From Glaucostegus cemiculus (Eukaryota), in assembly GCA_976551045.1 (NCBI GenBank), contig CDPCPM010000979.1:992001-1056000 (forward strand): a DNA stretch of 64,000 bases. The letters are read 5' to 3'. The notes under the pieces were generated by a model. That model was not told the origin of the DNA. It ran no database searches and worked only from the letters and a program-made list of their open reading frames with translations. Positions within the stretch are counted from its first letter, which is position 1, and each line of letters opens with the position of its first letter. Positions 36,841 to 49,485 of this stretch are shown piece by piece. Both the position numbers and the translations under genes were made by a program.

Positions 36841-37009
36841 ACTACACATTAATTTGTAGAGCCATTGGGAAAGACCAAACAAATGTATTAAATTGGATAA
36901 CTCTGTCAAAGAATCAGTGGACATGATGGGCTGAATGTTCTCCTCCTGTGCCAGATAGTTCAATGACTTATTGGTGATTTTCTCCACGTGTGATATCGTG
37001 ACCAATTTT

Positions 37010-37710
37010 GGTAAATTGGTTTATTATTGTCACATGTACCAAGTTATGAAAGTATACGGTTTGTACAGATCAGTTCTGTACACAGTGAATCGAGATGGTA
37101 CAAGGTAAAACAATACAGGGTGCAGAATAAGGTGTTACAGTTGCAGAGAAAGCACAGCGCAGGCAGACGGTAAGGTACAAGGTCATAGCGAGATAGAGTC
37201 CACTTTATCATACTAGGGGACCGTTCAATAGTCTTATAACAGCAGGATAGAAGTTGTCCTTGAGCCTGGTGGTACGTGCTTTCAGGCTTTTGTATCTTCT
37301 GCCCGATGGGAAAGGGGAGAAGAGAGACTGTCCGAGGTGGGTGGGGTCCTTGGTTATGTCGGCTGCTTTACTGAGGCAGAGAGGAGTGGAGACAGAGTCC
37401 ATGGAGGGGAGGCTGGTTTCCGTGATGTGCTGAGCTGTGTCCACAACTCTCTGCAGTTTCTTGCGGTCACGGGCAGAGCAGTTGCCGTACCAAGCCTTGA
37501 TGCATCTGGATAGGATGCTTTTATGGTACATCTGTAAAAATTGGTGAGGGTCAACGGGGACGTGCCAAAGTTCTTTAGCCTCCTGAGAAAGTAGAGGCAC
37601 TGGTGAGCTTTCTTGGCTGTGATGTCTACGTGATTAGACCAGGATAGGCTATTGGTGATGTTCACTCCTAGGAAATTGAATCGCTCTACCCTCTTGACCT
37701 CAGCACCTAT
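37010..37710 (-). mobile_element. Rex1/Babar LINE 3' part
   Basis: ORFs 37354..37665 and 37208..37600: LSWSNHVD...AHQCLYFLRRLK...PSGRRYKSLKARTTRLKD. AATAAA tail near 37015. Confidence 0.92.
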
Positions 37711-38324
37711 TTGACTTTACCCATACAATTGTCATCAGACCTCTTTCCCAATAAGCCATATTTTTGTTTATTCAGTTTTCATGGTTGGATGGCCAGTATT
37801 TGTTGCACAACGCCTTCGAACTGAATGGTTTGATAGACATTTCACAGGGCGTTTAGGGGTCAACCATACTGGTGAGGTTTGGAGTCAGCCTTAGTAAAGC
37901 TGGCACATGTCCACCCCTGAAAGGATCAGCCATCAGCAAAGTAGATGGGTTTTGGAAACAACCCAGTCGTATTGTGGTCATCACATTTGAAGATCAGCAC
38001 TTTTTGATTAACTGAATTTAAATTCCACAGCTGCTGTAGTGGGATTTGAACTCAGATCCCTGGATTGTTTGGCAAGGTCTCAGAATTACTTGGTCAGTAA
38101 TCTCTCTCATACTATTTTAGTTTGCGTTTCCTTTTAAAAGAATTCAGCCTCTTAGAAGACAACAGTTTGTGATTATAAAAAATGTGCAATTCAAACTCCA
38201 ACAATTCTTCATGTAAAGATTCCTTTACTATGATCTGTTTTAATTCTCTTTTGAATTACTTGCATTTGCTGTGAACAATTCAGGTGGCAGGTAGTCATTA
38301 ATTTACATTAGTTACACTGTATGC

Positions 38325-39698
38325 GACAAAATAGGGCAAAATCAGCAGTTTCATTTGAATTCTTTGAGGAGGTAACAGGCAGGATAGACAGAGTCAGTGG
38401 ACGTTAGTTACTTGGATTTTCAGAAGGCCTTTGACAAGGTGCCACCCATGAGGCCTCTAAACAAGGCAGGAGCCCATGGTGTTAGAGGCAAGGTACTCAC
38501 GTGGATAGAAGATTGGCTGACTGGCAGAAGACAGAGCCTGTGGATAAAGGGGGCCTTTCAGGATGGCTGCCGGTGTTTAGTGGAGTTCCGCAGGGGCCAG
38601 CGTTGGGACCACAACTTTTCACCTTACATGTTAATGATCTGGATGAAGGAACTGATGGCTTTGTGACCAACTTTGCAGACAACTTTGAATTGGTATTGGT
38701 TTATTATTGTCGCTTGTATTGAAGTACAGTGAAAAATTTGTCTTGCAATACCGTTCGTACAGACCAAGTCATTGAGGTAAGACAATAAGGTGCAAGGTCA
38801 TAATAAGGTAGATTGGGAGGTCAAGAGTCCATCTTATCATACTAGGGAACCATTCAATAAAGGGGCAGGTAGTGTTGCTGAGTCAGTGAGTCTGCAGAAG
38901 GACTTGGGCAGTTTTGGAGACTGGGCAAAGACGTGGCAGGTAGAATGCAGCGTGGGGAAGTGTGGGGTGACACACTTTGGTAGGAAAAATAAAGGCATAG
39001 ACTATTTTCTAAATAGGGAGATAACTCAGAAATAGGAGGTGCAAAGGGACTTGGGAGTTCTAGTACAGGATTTCCTAAAGGTTAGCTTGTAGGTTGAGTC
39101 AGTAGTAAGGAAGGCAAATGCAATGTTAGCATTCCTTTCAAGAGGACTAGAATATAAAACAAGGATGTAGTGCTGAGCTTTTATAAAGACATTGGGGGTA
39201 TTGAGAGCAGTTTGGGGCACTATAGCTAAAGGAAGGATGTGCTGGAATTGGAGAGGATCCAGAGGAGGTTCCCAGGAATGAAAGGGTTAATATAAGAGGA
39301 GCATTTGATGTCTCTGGCCCTGTACGCGGAATTCAGAAGGATGAGGGGGGATCTTACTGAAACCTACCGGAAAATAAAAGGCCTGGATAGAGCAGATGTG
39401 GAGAGGATGTTTCCAGTAATGGGAGAGTCCGGGACCAGAGGGCACAGCCTCAGAGTAAAAGGGATGTCCCTTTAGAACTGAGGTGAGGAGGAATTTCTTC
39501 AGCCAGAGGGTGGTGAATCTGTGGAATTCATTGCCACAGAGGACTGTGGAGACCAAGTCATTGGGTGTATTTAAGGTAGAGATTGTAGGTTCTTGATTGA
39601 TAAGATAGTTAAGGGTTACAGAGAGAAGGCAAGAGAATGGGGTTGAAAAAAAGTCGGCCATGATGGGCCAAATGGCCTAATTCTGCTCCTTCATCTTA
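38325..39698 (+). mobile_element. CR1 LINE RT to 3' end
   Basis: YLDFQKAFDKVP, SGVPQGPALGPQLF, NFAD, RRNFFSQRVVNLWN and the 3' UTR gggccaaatggcctaattctgctcct. It is interrupted by a Rex1 tail at 38688-38860. Confidence 0.9.
38688..38860 (-). mobile_element. Short Rex1 3' tail inserted into CR1
   Basis: attggtattggtttattattgtcgcttgtattgaagtacagtgaaaaa matches the Rex1 tails at 6487 and 31655. Internally deleted. Confidence 0.85.
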
Positions 39699-40084
39699 TG
39701 GACCCAAATGGATCAGGTGTGATTAACAAGTATTCACCACCCTCTAACACAGCACGAATAGCATTTGTGTCCCTGCCCTACCACAGACATTCCCTCTGTT
39801 CTGTCAACCCTGCCCCTACTCAGCAACTTCAAATGCACTGGTTTTCTCACTTTTCCTCTTATGAGAAAAGGTCATTGATTTCATATCTCCACAGATCCTG
39901 CCTGACCAGCTGAGTCTCTCTAGCACAGTCTTTATCTCAGACTTCCAGCATCTGCAGTCTTATATTTTTCAATGTGTCACTAATTATCCTGTTGTAACCT
40001 TGAGTGGGAATGTTGAACTCAGCTGGCAAAATGTTGACTCACTGACTTCTGACTGTTACTTTGTCCAGAGCGACTGTATGAAGA

Positions 40085-40365
40085 TCATGGTCAGACAGCA
40101 CAGCAGAAGGCCCCTCAGCCCACAAATCAAAACTGATATAAGTATCAATCCAACTGTATCCCCTCCCACATTCTCATCAACTGCCCCAAACTCCAGGGGC
40201 AATTAACAGGGGCCAATTAACCTTCCCATATGTGAAAGGAAACCAGAGCATCCAAGGAAAAGCCACACAGTCACAGAAAGAATGTGCAAACTCCAGACAG
40301 TACTGGAGGTCAGGACCAGCCCTCTGCAGAGCTGTAAAGCAGCAGTTCCACTAACTGTGCCACTG
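40085..40365 (-). mobile_element. Old V-SINE with CR1-type tail (HE1-like)
   Basis: Degenerate V core (ggaaaccagagcatccaaggaaagcc on +). The tail end cacagcagaaggcccctcagccca resembles CR1 3' UTRs. Confidence 0.65.
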
Positions 40366-40712
40366 CAAGTGGTGTTCCCATGTGCTTGCTGGCCTCATCT
40401 TTCTTGTTGGTAAAGGTGGTGGGTTTGGGAGGTTCTGACAGTGTCCTGGAGGACTACCTTTTGTGGATGGTGCACACTGCAGCTACTGGTCCCAGTAGTG
40501 CAAAGAATGAATATTTAGTTAGGTGAATGGGGATTTTACTCTTTCCTTTTCACTGTCCAGGGATCAACACTCCTCCCAGGTAATGCAGTAATTATTTATG
40601 CATGGATTACATTTGATCTTTATAATCCCCCATCCCTGTTGCTTTATTTACTATCCTAGAGGCTGATTTTTCCTCTCAATTATAATACTATGGTATACAT
40701 GGTAAACCAGTG

Positions 40713-40894
40713 TCACAAGATCACAAGATAATGGAGCAGAAGCAGGCCAGTCGGCCCATCGAGTCTGCTCCAAAGGGAAGGGAGGGTGGGGAAAAAAGAG
40801 GATAAGAGAAAAAATAAAAATAAAAACCTATTCGAAGTCCAAATCCCTGCCTTATCTCCATATCCCTTGATACCTTGACCAATTAGATATCTAT
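40713..40894 (-). mobile_element. CR1 3' end, (TCTTGTGA)n-tail subfamily, very short
   Basis: Near-identical to 21379-21555 (tcacaagatcacaagataat...gaccaattagatatctat). Confidence 0.9.
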
Positions 40895-42504
40895 GATCAA
40901 CTCCATCAGCTACTCACCAAGTTATCCAGGCAACGGAATCATTTAGATGTAGTCTCCTAAATACTGCTTCATGACTGCCTGGACAACAATTATTAGTCTC
41001 ATTTTCATTCTGTGATTACACCAAGCATCACAGGCACTGATCGATTGTCATTCAGCTGAGGTGCCACAAGGTCATGTAACTAAGTAACCATCTCCCTGGG
41101 AAACCACAAGAAATGAAGAGTCCTTGCAATTTGTGCTGGAAAAGATCCAGAGAAGAGATGCAAGAAAGCTTCCTTAGTTTTAAGAACTTGAAGTAGGCTC
41201 AAGGATCTGCACAATAAAATCTGTTTACTTGCAAGGAGCTCAGACTAGAGATGACCTGATGAAGGGCCATAAAATAATTAAAGGACTGCCAAGAAATCCT
41301 AATGATAGATTATCTAGGTTTATCAGATTGAGAAGGTTGAAACCAGGTAACCAGGAAAGGACTGGACTTTAATCACATGGAATTAGAAATTTACAGCACA
41401 TTTGTTGACTTGTCTTCATTTCCTAGGGAACTACACATCTCTAGATTACAATAGCTGCTGGTGCACTGGGCACTGGCTCTGTACAAGTTGGATCAGTCTC
41501 CAGCTGGATGCAAAAGGTAAATATCTTTAGAAATAGCACAGAGCACATCACTTGAGGAGCCCCGAGAGGAATTTTCCAAAGATCATTAGTCCCTGATTGC
41601 CTTCAATATTTTTGTGGCTTTTGCCTCTCACAGGAGATACATGATTGACAGGGTGTGGGAGGTATGGAGAAACTGTGACCCACATGGGAGACTTCTGGGT
41701 GCAAGGGCATTAAGTAAAAACTTTAGCCACAATGGACTAGCCATCCTAAAGTGGTGTAGGTGTGAAGGACCACTGGTCATTTCCTGCCTACAAACTTATA
41801 TATTCCCCACACAAAACAGACCTAAATTGACCAATTAAAGAACTGGAAGGTTAAGTATAGCAGCTTTTGAAAATAACCAGAAAAGATTGTGAAATAATCT
41901 CATGAGTATGCCTGACAACATGGCAACTTCATGCTGTCTGCTCATTGACTGAGTGTCTAATGGGCCCAATGATGAGTATCAGCAGCTTGTTCTGGTCTCC
42001 CACATGATGCCAAGGTGACATGCAAGGCCTTGCTGCCAGGCAGGGGTTTGCCACTGGAGATCAGACTGGCTTGAGAACACAAACCAACAATGACAGAGCC
42101 ACAAAAGGGAAGTGACTCATTCATCATGTCCTGGGAGCTAACTCACAGACATGGATGACAGCATTCACTTGTGCCTTCAATGCCTTTGACTGATCACAGG
42201 AAAGAGGACCTGAAATCAAGATCTCAGCTCTGGCACTAAACTTTGATCAACTAGACACCATAGACACATGCCCTCCTGTAGCTTTCAACACTGAGATTTC
42301 CTGCAGCAAGCACCTCCAGCTGCTTGGAATAGACCACTCCTACTTCCTCTGCAGAATCTCTCAAACTCATTGGAAAGATAAGTAAACCAGAGTCCGTCTC
42401 CTCTCCAAGTCCCATATCCCCAGCAGTGAGGCTCTAATTTCATTCAGTTGGCTCCTTGGGCACACCATCACCTCTGGGTGTCCAGCACCAGGCTCCTGAA
42501 CAAA

Positions 42505-42895
42505 AGAACCGAACAGCGGAAGAGCTCAGTGCAGTAAGGTGGAGGCAGAGTGTGTATGTTGATGCTTCAGGTTGTGACCTTACATCAGGACCGAGAAGGA
42601 AAAGGAAAGATTACCTGTACGTTAGCAGTATGAGAGAGGGGTAGGACAAAGGCTGGCGGGTGATAGGTGAAACCACATTTGGTGGTAATGGAACCAAGTG
42701 GGGGAGTGGGAGGAGATGGGGAAGGTGGTCAAAGGGAACTCTGTACCACCCTCCCTCAGACTGCAATTCACTGGCAATCTTTCCCTCAGCCCTGAAAATG
42801 TCAACATACACCTGTTGCCTCCACAGATGCTGCTTGAATTGTTGAGTTCCTTCAGTGTCCTTTTTTTTGCTGTGGATTCCGACATTTGCAGTTAC
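42505..42895. repeat. Penelope-type terminal repeats in inverted arrangement
   Basis: A left arm at ~42505-42600 (minus CTGATGTAAGGTCACAACCTGAAG) and a right arm at ~42790-42895 (cctgaaaatgtcaacatac...ccacagatgctgcttga) flank a purine-rich segment. Confidence 0.55.
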
Positions 42896-43754
42896 CAGGC
42901 TCCTGAAGCAGGCACTTTTCTGAGCTCAGTCATGGAAAGAGGTTATCAGCAGACAGAGAACTGCAGCTGTGCCCAGAGCTTCCTGAGAAAAAACAACGCA
43001 ACATCCCAACTGACTTGGGAATTCCAGGTTCAAAAGTCCTCAAAAATGGAGAAGCAGTAGTCAGGATGGTATTGAGAACCTCAGCTCCACACATCAGGAG
43101 CATACAGAAACCCTGCACAAAAGCTGGAAGGATTACATCTTTTCATAAATACCCACCAGTGGGCACCTTCGTCCTCCATACAGGAGTCAACAGCTTCAGC
43201 ATTGATCTCAACAGCCACCTTAGAATTCACAAAACTAGAGTGAATGCAAATCATCCCGAATTGTAATGAGGATGGAGGTTTATATTTACTACAAAGATCA
43301 GCAGTAGGTGTGGGCAGATTGCCACTGGCAGCAGGTCCTACCTGCTATGATTTTCCCAAAACAGTGGCAGAAGCACATTCAGCAATGAATTACAAGAGGA
43401 AAATGAGATAATTCCTTGATGGGGAAAGGGCAGAGTGGTGCGACTAGTTTAAACACATTGCCAAAAACAAATGGCAAAAATGTATTCAGCCAAAAAGTCT
43501 TTGTGTGTTGTGAGTAAAACAAAATACTGTGAAGATATACTTCGAAACAAACGTACATAGAACTCCAGTAATGGACTTCCAACTGCCGGTGACGTTTCTA
43601 ATGCTCTTTTTGCTGTGGCCACTGGGGAATCTCTCATTCACCACATCATGAAGTACAAAAGAAAAACCTGCAGTGACTTAGCATCTTTCATGACAAGTAC
43701 AGTTTGAAGAGTAATGTAGGAAGCACAACAGCAGGATTCTGTAAAGCAAGATCC

Positions 43755-44063
43755 CACCGCATGAACCACACGCCTGCAGTCCCGTGTCACCGCATGAACC
43801 ACGTGCCTGCAGTCCCGCGTCACCGCATGAACCACACGCCTGCAGTCCCGCGTCACCGCATGAACCACACGCCTGCAGTCCCGTGTCACCGCATGAACCA
43901 CACGCCTGCAGTCCCGCGTCACCGCATGAACCACATGCCTGCAGTCCCGCGTCACCGCATGAACCACACGCCTGCAGTCCCGCGTCACCGCATGAACCAC
44001 ACGCCTGCAGTCCCGCGTCACCGCATGAACCACACGCCTGCAGTCCCGCGTCACCGCATGAAC
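43755..44063 (+). repeat. 33-bp CpG-rich minisatellite, about 9.3 copies
   Basis: Unit caccgcatgaaccacacgcctgcagtcccgcgt. It gives 11-aa repeats in four open frames. Confidence 0.97.
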
Positions 44064-45809
44064 CTGTTTTGATTTTGTTCATTCGGGAGGAAGTATTGAA
44101 TACAACACCACAGCTAACTTTTCTACCTTTCTTCAAATTAGTGCCTTGAAATATTTTATTTCCATAACTTATGTTTGATGAGAGGACAGGCAGGGGGGCC
44201 ACAATTTGGTGCCTCATTTGAGAAATGGCACTGCTGCCAATGTGGCTTTCCTTCAGTTGTGCATGGGAGCATTAGCCTAGGTTCGTGTGCCTCAGGATAG
44301 GAACTTGAACCCACAACATCCTGACTCAGAGGCAAAATCCTATCCTGTCTTGATCATATCTTACATAACGAATTCAAAAGAGTTGTTCCAGTATGTTTAC
44401 AGTGTCCGAAACCAGCTCTGTCACATTTTCTTATGTGGTCTGTCTGGAAGCCATAACAAGCTGCTTGTAACTTACCATAACTCCTCTCAACTACAACAAT
44501 AACACATTCCAACAACTTTCAGATAGATCTCACTATAATGTTACAGCCGTAGTGTCTTCAGGTTCTGTGCTTCTAGTTACAAAGGCAAATAACAGATCAA
44601 TCAACATAACATCCAATATTGAACATAATGACTCAACTAATGGAAGAGTCTGGTACAACCAAGAATCAAAACCCATGCAATCCCCACATAACTTACAACA
44701 GAAATTCTCAAAAACACCTGAAAATGTTGTCTGATGCACTCACCACCACAAAATAAAGATTGATCATAACCAATGTTTTAACACCATAAGACTTGATAAG
44801 CAAAAGAAAACTTAACTGCTATTTTTATATATTATTTCCTTTGGAAAGATGGACTTGAACCTTCACTGAAGGAGCATTAAGCAAAAATCACATTTTAATA
44901 TCAGCATATATATCCAGCCACTATTGAAGCAGAGTGTGTCTTTATAATGCAATACCTCTTGTTTTGAGATCATCATGTTCTCCCCAACGATAGGGGGTTG
45001 AGTTTTCTTCGTAAAACACATTGTCAGTGTTGTGATAGTCAAATGTTAATCAGTGCGATACCTTGCATAAACTAATTGCGGAAGAAACACTATGAACTAC
45101 ATTTAACATGCTCAGCTCTGCTTTGTAATGCTTTCCGGCATTTTCTGTCTTATTTCAGGTTCCCATCATTTATAATGTTTTGATTTTGGAATAAGTTCAG
45201 ATAGCTTGTATTAAAAATTCTACAACAGAAATAAAGTTACAACTCTTGAATCATTTAGGACAGAAAATCTTTCAGCTGGTACCCAAATCCATCACTGAAC
45301 CAAGAAATAATTCAATCATTCACCATAATTATCAAAATGAATGTTATTTATAGGATTCTTCCTCAAAAATATCAGCAGTATATCAGCATAAAAATCAGAT
45401 TTTCTCAATAGCAAATATTACTAAATCCAAATCAGTCTAGAGTGGGGTTGTGACCAGCAACACAATAGAAGTTGAGAACACAGAGAACCCAGTGCAAAAT
45501 CAGCTAAATACCATCCATAATACATGCAGTGAAATGGAAAACAGTAATGGAATTTGGCATTGATTTAGTTGGAGATGAAATGACTGTTGTTTTTAATGAA
45601 TAATGCATGACTGCTTCACGGGCAACAAGATGCTGATCTAACAGTTGATCCTATGTTAATTAAGGTGGTATTGGGCATAAAATTGAGGGAAGAGTTGTCT
45701 TTGGTTTCACAAGTATATTGTTGCAAAGCATTTTTAAGAAACTTTGGTATTCTTCCAACATTGTGATTAACATTCATCATTCAATAACAGTGTGAAAGTA
45801 AAGCTGCAG

Positions 45810-46020
45810 TGATCCAAGTTCAGTTCTGACCTTCTCCCTCTGACTGCATGATTTTCCACTGGTAGTTTGGTTTCCTCCTACATCCCAAAGACGTGCTGGT
45901 AGGCAAGATCCCCCTAGTGTAGGTGGTAACAGGGGGGAGTTGATGGGCATGTGAGAGAGACTAGGAGGTAAGTGGGGGAATGGAACTGAAGGGACTGCAC
46001 TGAGGTCATTGGGATGGGTC
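45810..46020 (+). mobile_element. Degenerate V-SINE (partial)
   Basis: tggtttcctcctacatcccaaagacgtgc V-core remnant, followed by a purine-rich CR1-type tail. Confidence 0.55.
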
Positions 46021-46089
46021 ATGGACACAGGATTGGGAAGCTGAAGGTCTTACTCTGGTTCCGATGTTCCCGTTGCCAGCACTTGTTAT

Positions 46090-46412
46090 TGAGAGATACA
46101 GCAATGGACACGTGCTCTTCAGTCATCAAGTCCACGCTGTCCATCAGCCACCCATTTACAACAACCCTACATTAACCCCATTCCCCCAACTGCACCCAGG
46201 ATCTACTATTCACCTACACAGTAGGGGCAAATTGTAGTGGCTAAGTAACCTACTGACCTCTTTGGAATTTGGGAGGAAACCAGAGCACCCAGAGGAAATC
46301 TACGTGGTCAAAGGGAGAGCATGCAAACTCGCATAGACAGCACCCAAAGTCAGGATTGAACCAAAGTCCCTGGTGCTGTGAGGCATTAACTCTACTAGTT
46401 GTGCCACCCTCC
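46090..46412 (-). mobile_element. V-SINE with CR1-type tail (HE1-like)
   Basis: Head ggtggcacaactagtagagtt...ggttcaatcc, V core (tttcctctgggtgctctggtttcctccca), and a tail ending gctgtatctc as in CR1 3' UTRs. Confidence 0.75.
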
Positions 46413-47299
46413 CGGTTATGCACAAACTATTTGAATTTATCTACAAACTTCAGTGTCTTCAGTTCAAAAACCAAGGCCTGGAATTTGCAGTCAGCAGAGA
46501 AACGATGAAAGATGGCAGAGATCTCATGCTCTGTGTAGTGTAGACTTCATTTTTCTGCTGTCAGTTGGAATCAGTCATCAGATCAAGGGATGTCCCTAAG
46601 CTCCAGCAACAGTATGTTATAAAGCAACTAAATAGCAAATCACATTGAAGATTTCTCAGAGAGCAAACCAGGAATAAAAAGCACAATTTCAGCTACCACC
46701 TTATACATTGTAGAGCATGAAATAAAACCTAGAATGTATACAGAAGATTAAGGCTGAAATATTTTAAAAAAACTCAAACTGTATTTTATAATCCATCAGA
46801 TTTTGAACAATTTATCTCAGGGAATTACTAGTCGTGAATTTAAAATTAGTTCTCAGAGCCAGAGATGTTGCTAAACAGTAAAAATGGCTCAGCACTCCAA
46901 CAATTCACTTCACCACTTGTGCAACTTCAGGTATTGACCACTGATTTCAGGGTGACACTGGAGGAGAAGGTAGCATGGAGTGCTGAGAGTTAATCACTGA
47001 CAGGACTCTGGATTTCTGAATTTACTCAGCCTCTTGCATTCTCCAGAAGCTGCTGTCAGTCTCACTAAATGACTGTGGGAGAGCAGGAAGTGGGTCAGTA
47101 GCCGAGCTAAGCTGAGCCAGATGGCAGTTTGGTTCAGGGGAGGTCAGGAAACAATCTGGACCAAGTGCAAAACACAGGGTTATTTCCTAGTGAGCCAGCC
47201 ACCACTGGGCCCACATCTAGAAGGATAGAAAGTAGGAGCCGTTCAGTTCAAGTCTGCTGCACCATTCAATACAATCAGTACTGCGGTTCTATCGCCACA

Positions 47300-47575
47300 G
47301 AAGAGGACACAAAACATTCCAAAACTTTCAGGGAACCAAAAATCTAAGGGAGGTGAGGTGAAATGAAATTAAATTAGTATTAGTAGGAAAAGGGGTGCTG
47401 GAGAAATTAATGGCACTGAAAGCTTACAATGCCCAGGACCCGAATCTGTGTCCCAGAGCAACTGATCATCATTTTCCAGAATGGTGGAATCTGGAATATT
47501 TCCTGCAGACTGGAGGGTGACGAATTTAATGCCATTATTTAATAGGGAGCAAGAAAGAAAACTACAGACCAGTTA
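47300..47575 (+). mobile_element. Degenerate CR1 RT fragment
   Basis: VLEKLMALKA...PADWRVTNLMPLF...NYRPV. Confidence 0.6.
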
Positions 47576-48714
47576 CTATAAAAACCTGATAAAGTTGTTC
47601 ATATTTTATTTTAAGTATACTGCATACTACACACAGACTGCAAGCAGGCAAAAAAAGTAAACAAAAAAAAATGAGCTGTGTTTTAACCTGTTCCCTCATT
47701 CAGGCAACATTGTATTAGTGAGCATTTAACAGATCCCAAAATAACAGGATTAAGAAAGCTTTGCTTTTTGTCTGATTTGTAATAGCCCCAACTGGTAGAT
47801 CTCTTATACAATACTTATTACTTTTAACCACTAAAAATGAAACTATATCAAATGATAGCTTTGTACCAGCTTAAAGCTCATGTAACATGGCTCACTTTGG
47901 AGGCCAGGACTGAAACTGGGGTGGGGGGGTGAAGGGAGGGAGAGAAATTGTCCAGCTGACCAAGGACACCATTGCTAGAAATGGCAAGCAGCTTCTCTGT
48001 GTTGGCCAAGGATCCAGTTCAGTCCAGGAGCAAAGTCACCACCCCTGGGAAACGCAGATCCTACTGAGGCAAAAAAACAAGGAGGGGCAAGAAGAGTCTT
48101 GCAGCAGAAACAAGCGTATCCCCAAAATCTGATGTCCACAAGACTGCCTGAAAGGTTTGCTGATTTGAAAGAAAAATCCAAAGGAATGTGCACTCTCTAC
48201 TTATTTTCAGTACATTTAAATGCAGTATGAACAAAAATACAAGTATAAAATTCAAACTAAACATAGTGCAAGAACAATTTATGCTGTCAGTCTTTCATGT
48301 TTGGCGCTGAGGAATCAGAATAACAGGAACAGAATGCAGACTGTAAATTGAGCTTGTGAACGATCCATGAAATTGGCCTTGCCTATGGAATGATTTGAAG
48401 TTCCTTTCCTTTACAAGAAAAATAATTCCATGACATTGCGACAGCCCTGCTTACAACATGAAAGTGCTTTAATAATTCAACCGCAAAGTGATGACTCTGG
48501 TGCAGGGGCAGCCAACCTCACTGGGAGTTACAACTTATTGTAGACGATCAAGACCATAGAATGATACAATGCCAATGGTACATTCTACCCAAACTGTCTG
48601 CACTGGCACTTTGAAAGAACCACACAATTAATCCAAGTTGTCATTTCTTTCCCCATAGACCTATAATTTATTTCCCTTTTAAATATTTATTCAATCCTTT
48701 TGTTAATTTTAAAG

Positions 48715-48913
48715 CCAAAGAGCTGGAAAGAATCAGCAGGTTAGGTAGCAACTGTGGAAAGAGAAATAAACTTATGGTTTCAGATTGAAGCCCCTTCCTC
48801 AGCACTGGGAAGGGGAGAAAGTTATTTTAAGTTGCAGACAAGCAGGAGTACAAATGGAAGGGCAGACCAGGGTTACCAAGGCAATCTAGAGACAAGAGAC
48901 TGCAGATCCTGGA
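48715..48913 (-). repeat. Penelope-type terminal-repeat segment
   Basis: Minus CTGAGGAAGGGGCTTCAATCTGAAACCAT and tgctacctaacctgctgattctttccagc. Same orientation as the GIY-YIG relic at 50415-50640. Confidence 0.55.
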
Positions 48914-49484
48914 ATGTGGATCCACAGAAAGCATCTGGCCCAAAGGGAGTCTCCGGCTATGTCCTTAGATCCTGCGCAGATCAGCTGGCGGGAGACCCTC
49001 TCCTGGACCAACCATGTCGATGCTATGGACAAGAAAGTTCACCAGTGCCTCTACTTTCTCAGGAAGCTAAAGAAATTTGGCGTGTTCCCTTTGACACCAG
49101 TTTTTACAGATGCATCATAGAAAGCATCAGATCCAGATGTATCACACTCAGTATGGCAACTGCTCTGCCTGTGACTGCAAGAAACTGCAGAGAGTTGTGG
49201 AAACAGCCCAGGACAGCACAGACACCAGCCTCCCCTCCAAGGACTGTCTACATTTCTTGCTGCCTCAATAAAGCAGCTGACATAATCAAAGACCCCACCC
49301 ACACGAGACATTCTCTCTTCTCCCCCCTCCCATTGGGCAGAAGATACAGAAGACTAAAAGAACGTACCACCAGGCTCAAGGACAGCTTCTATCCCACTGT
49401 TATAAGACTATTGAACAGTTCCCTAGTACGATGAGATGGACTCTTGACCTCACAATCTACTTTATGTCATGTCCTTGCACCTTA
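48914..49484 (+). mobile_element. Rex1 LINE with most of the RT core deleted
   Basis: VDPQKASGPKGVSGYVLRSCADQLAG (RT start) is joined directly at ~48993 to LSWTNHVD...HQCLYFLRKL (post-RT). The C-terminus and part of the 3' UTR follow. Confidence 0.85.
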
Positions 49485-49485
49485 G

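Noticed and set aside
43638-44217. Cys-rich (CGSCGDAGLQA)n ORF as a metallothionein or keratin-associated protein
   Set aside because: It comes from a 33-bp DNA-level repeat open in four frames, with variation dominated by CpG decay rather than codon constraint.
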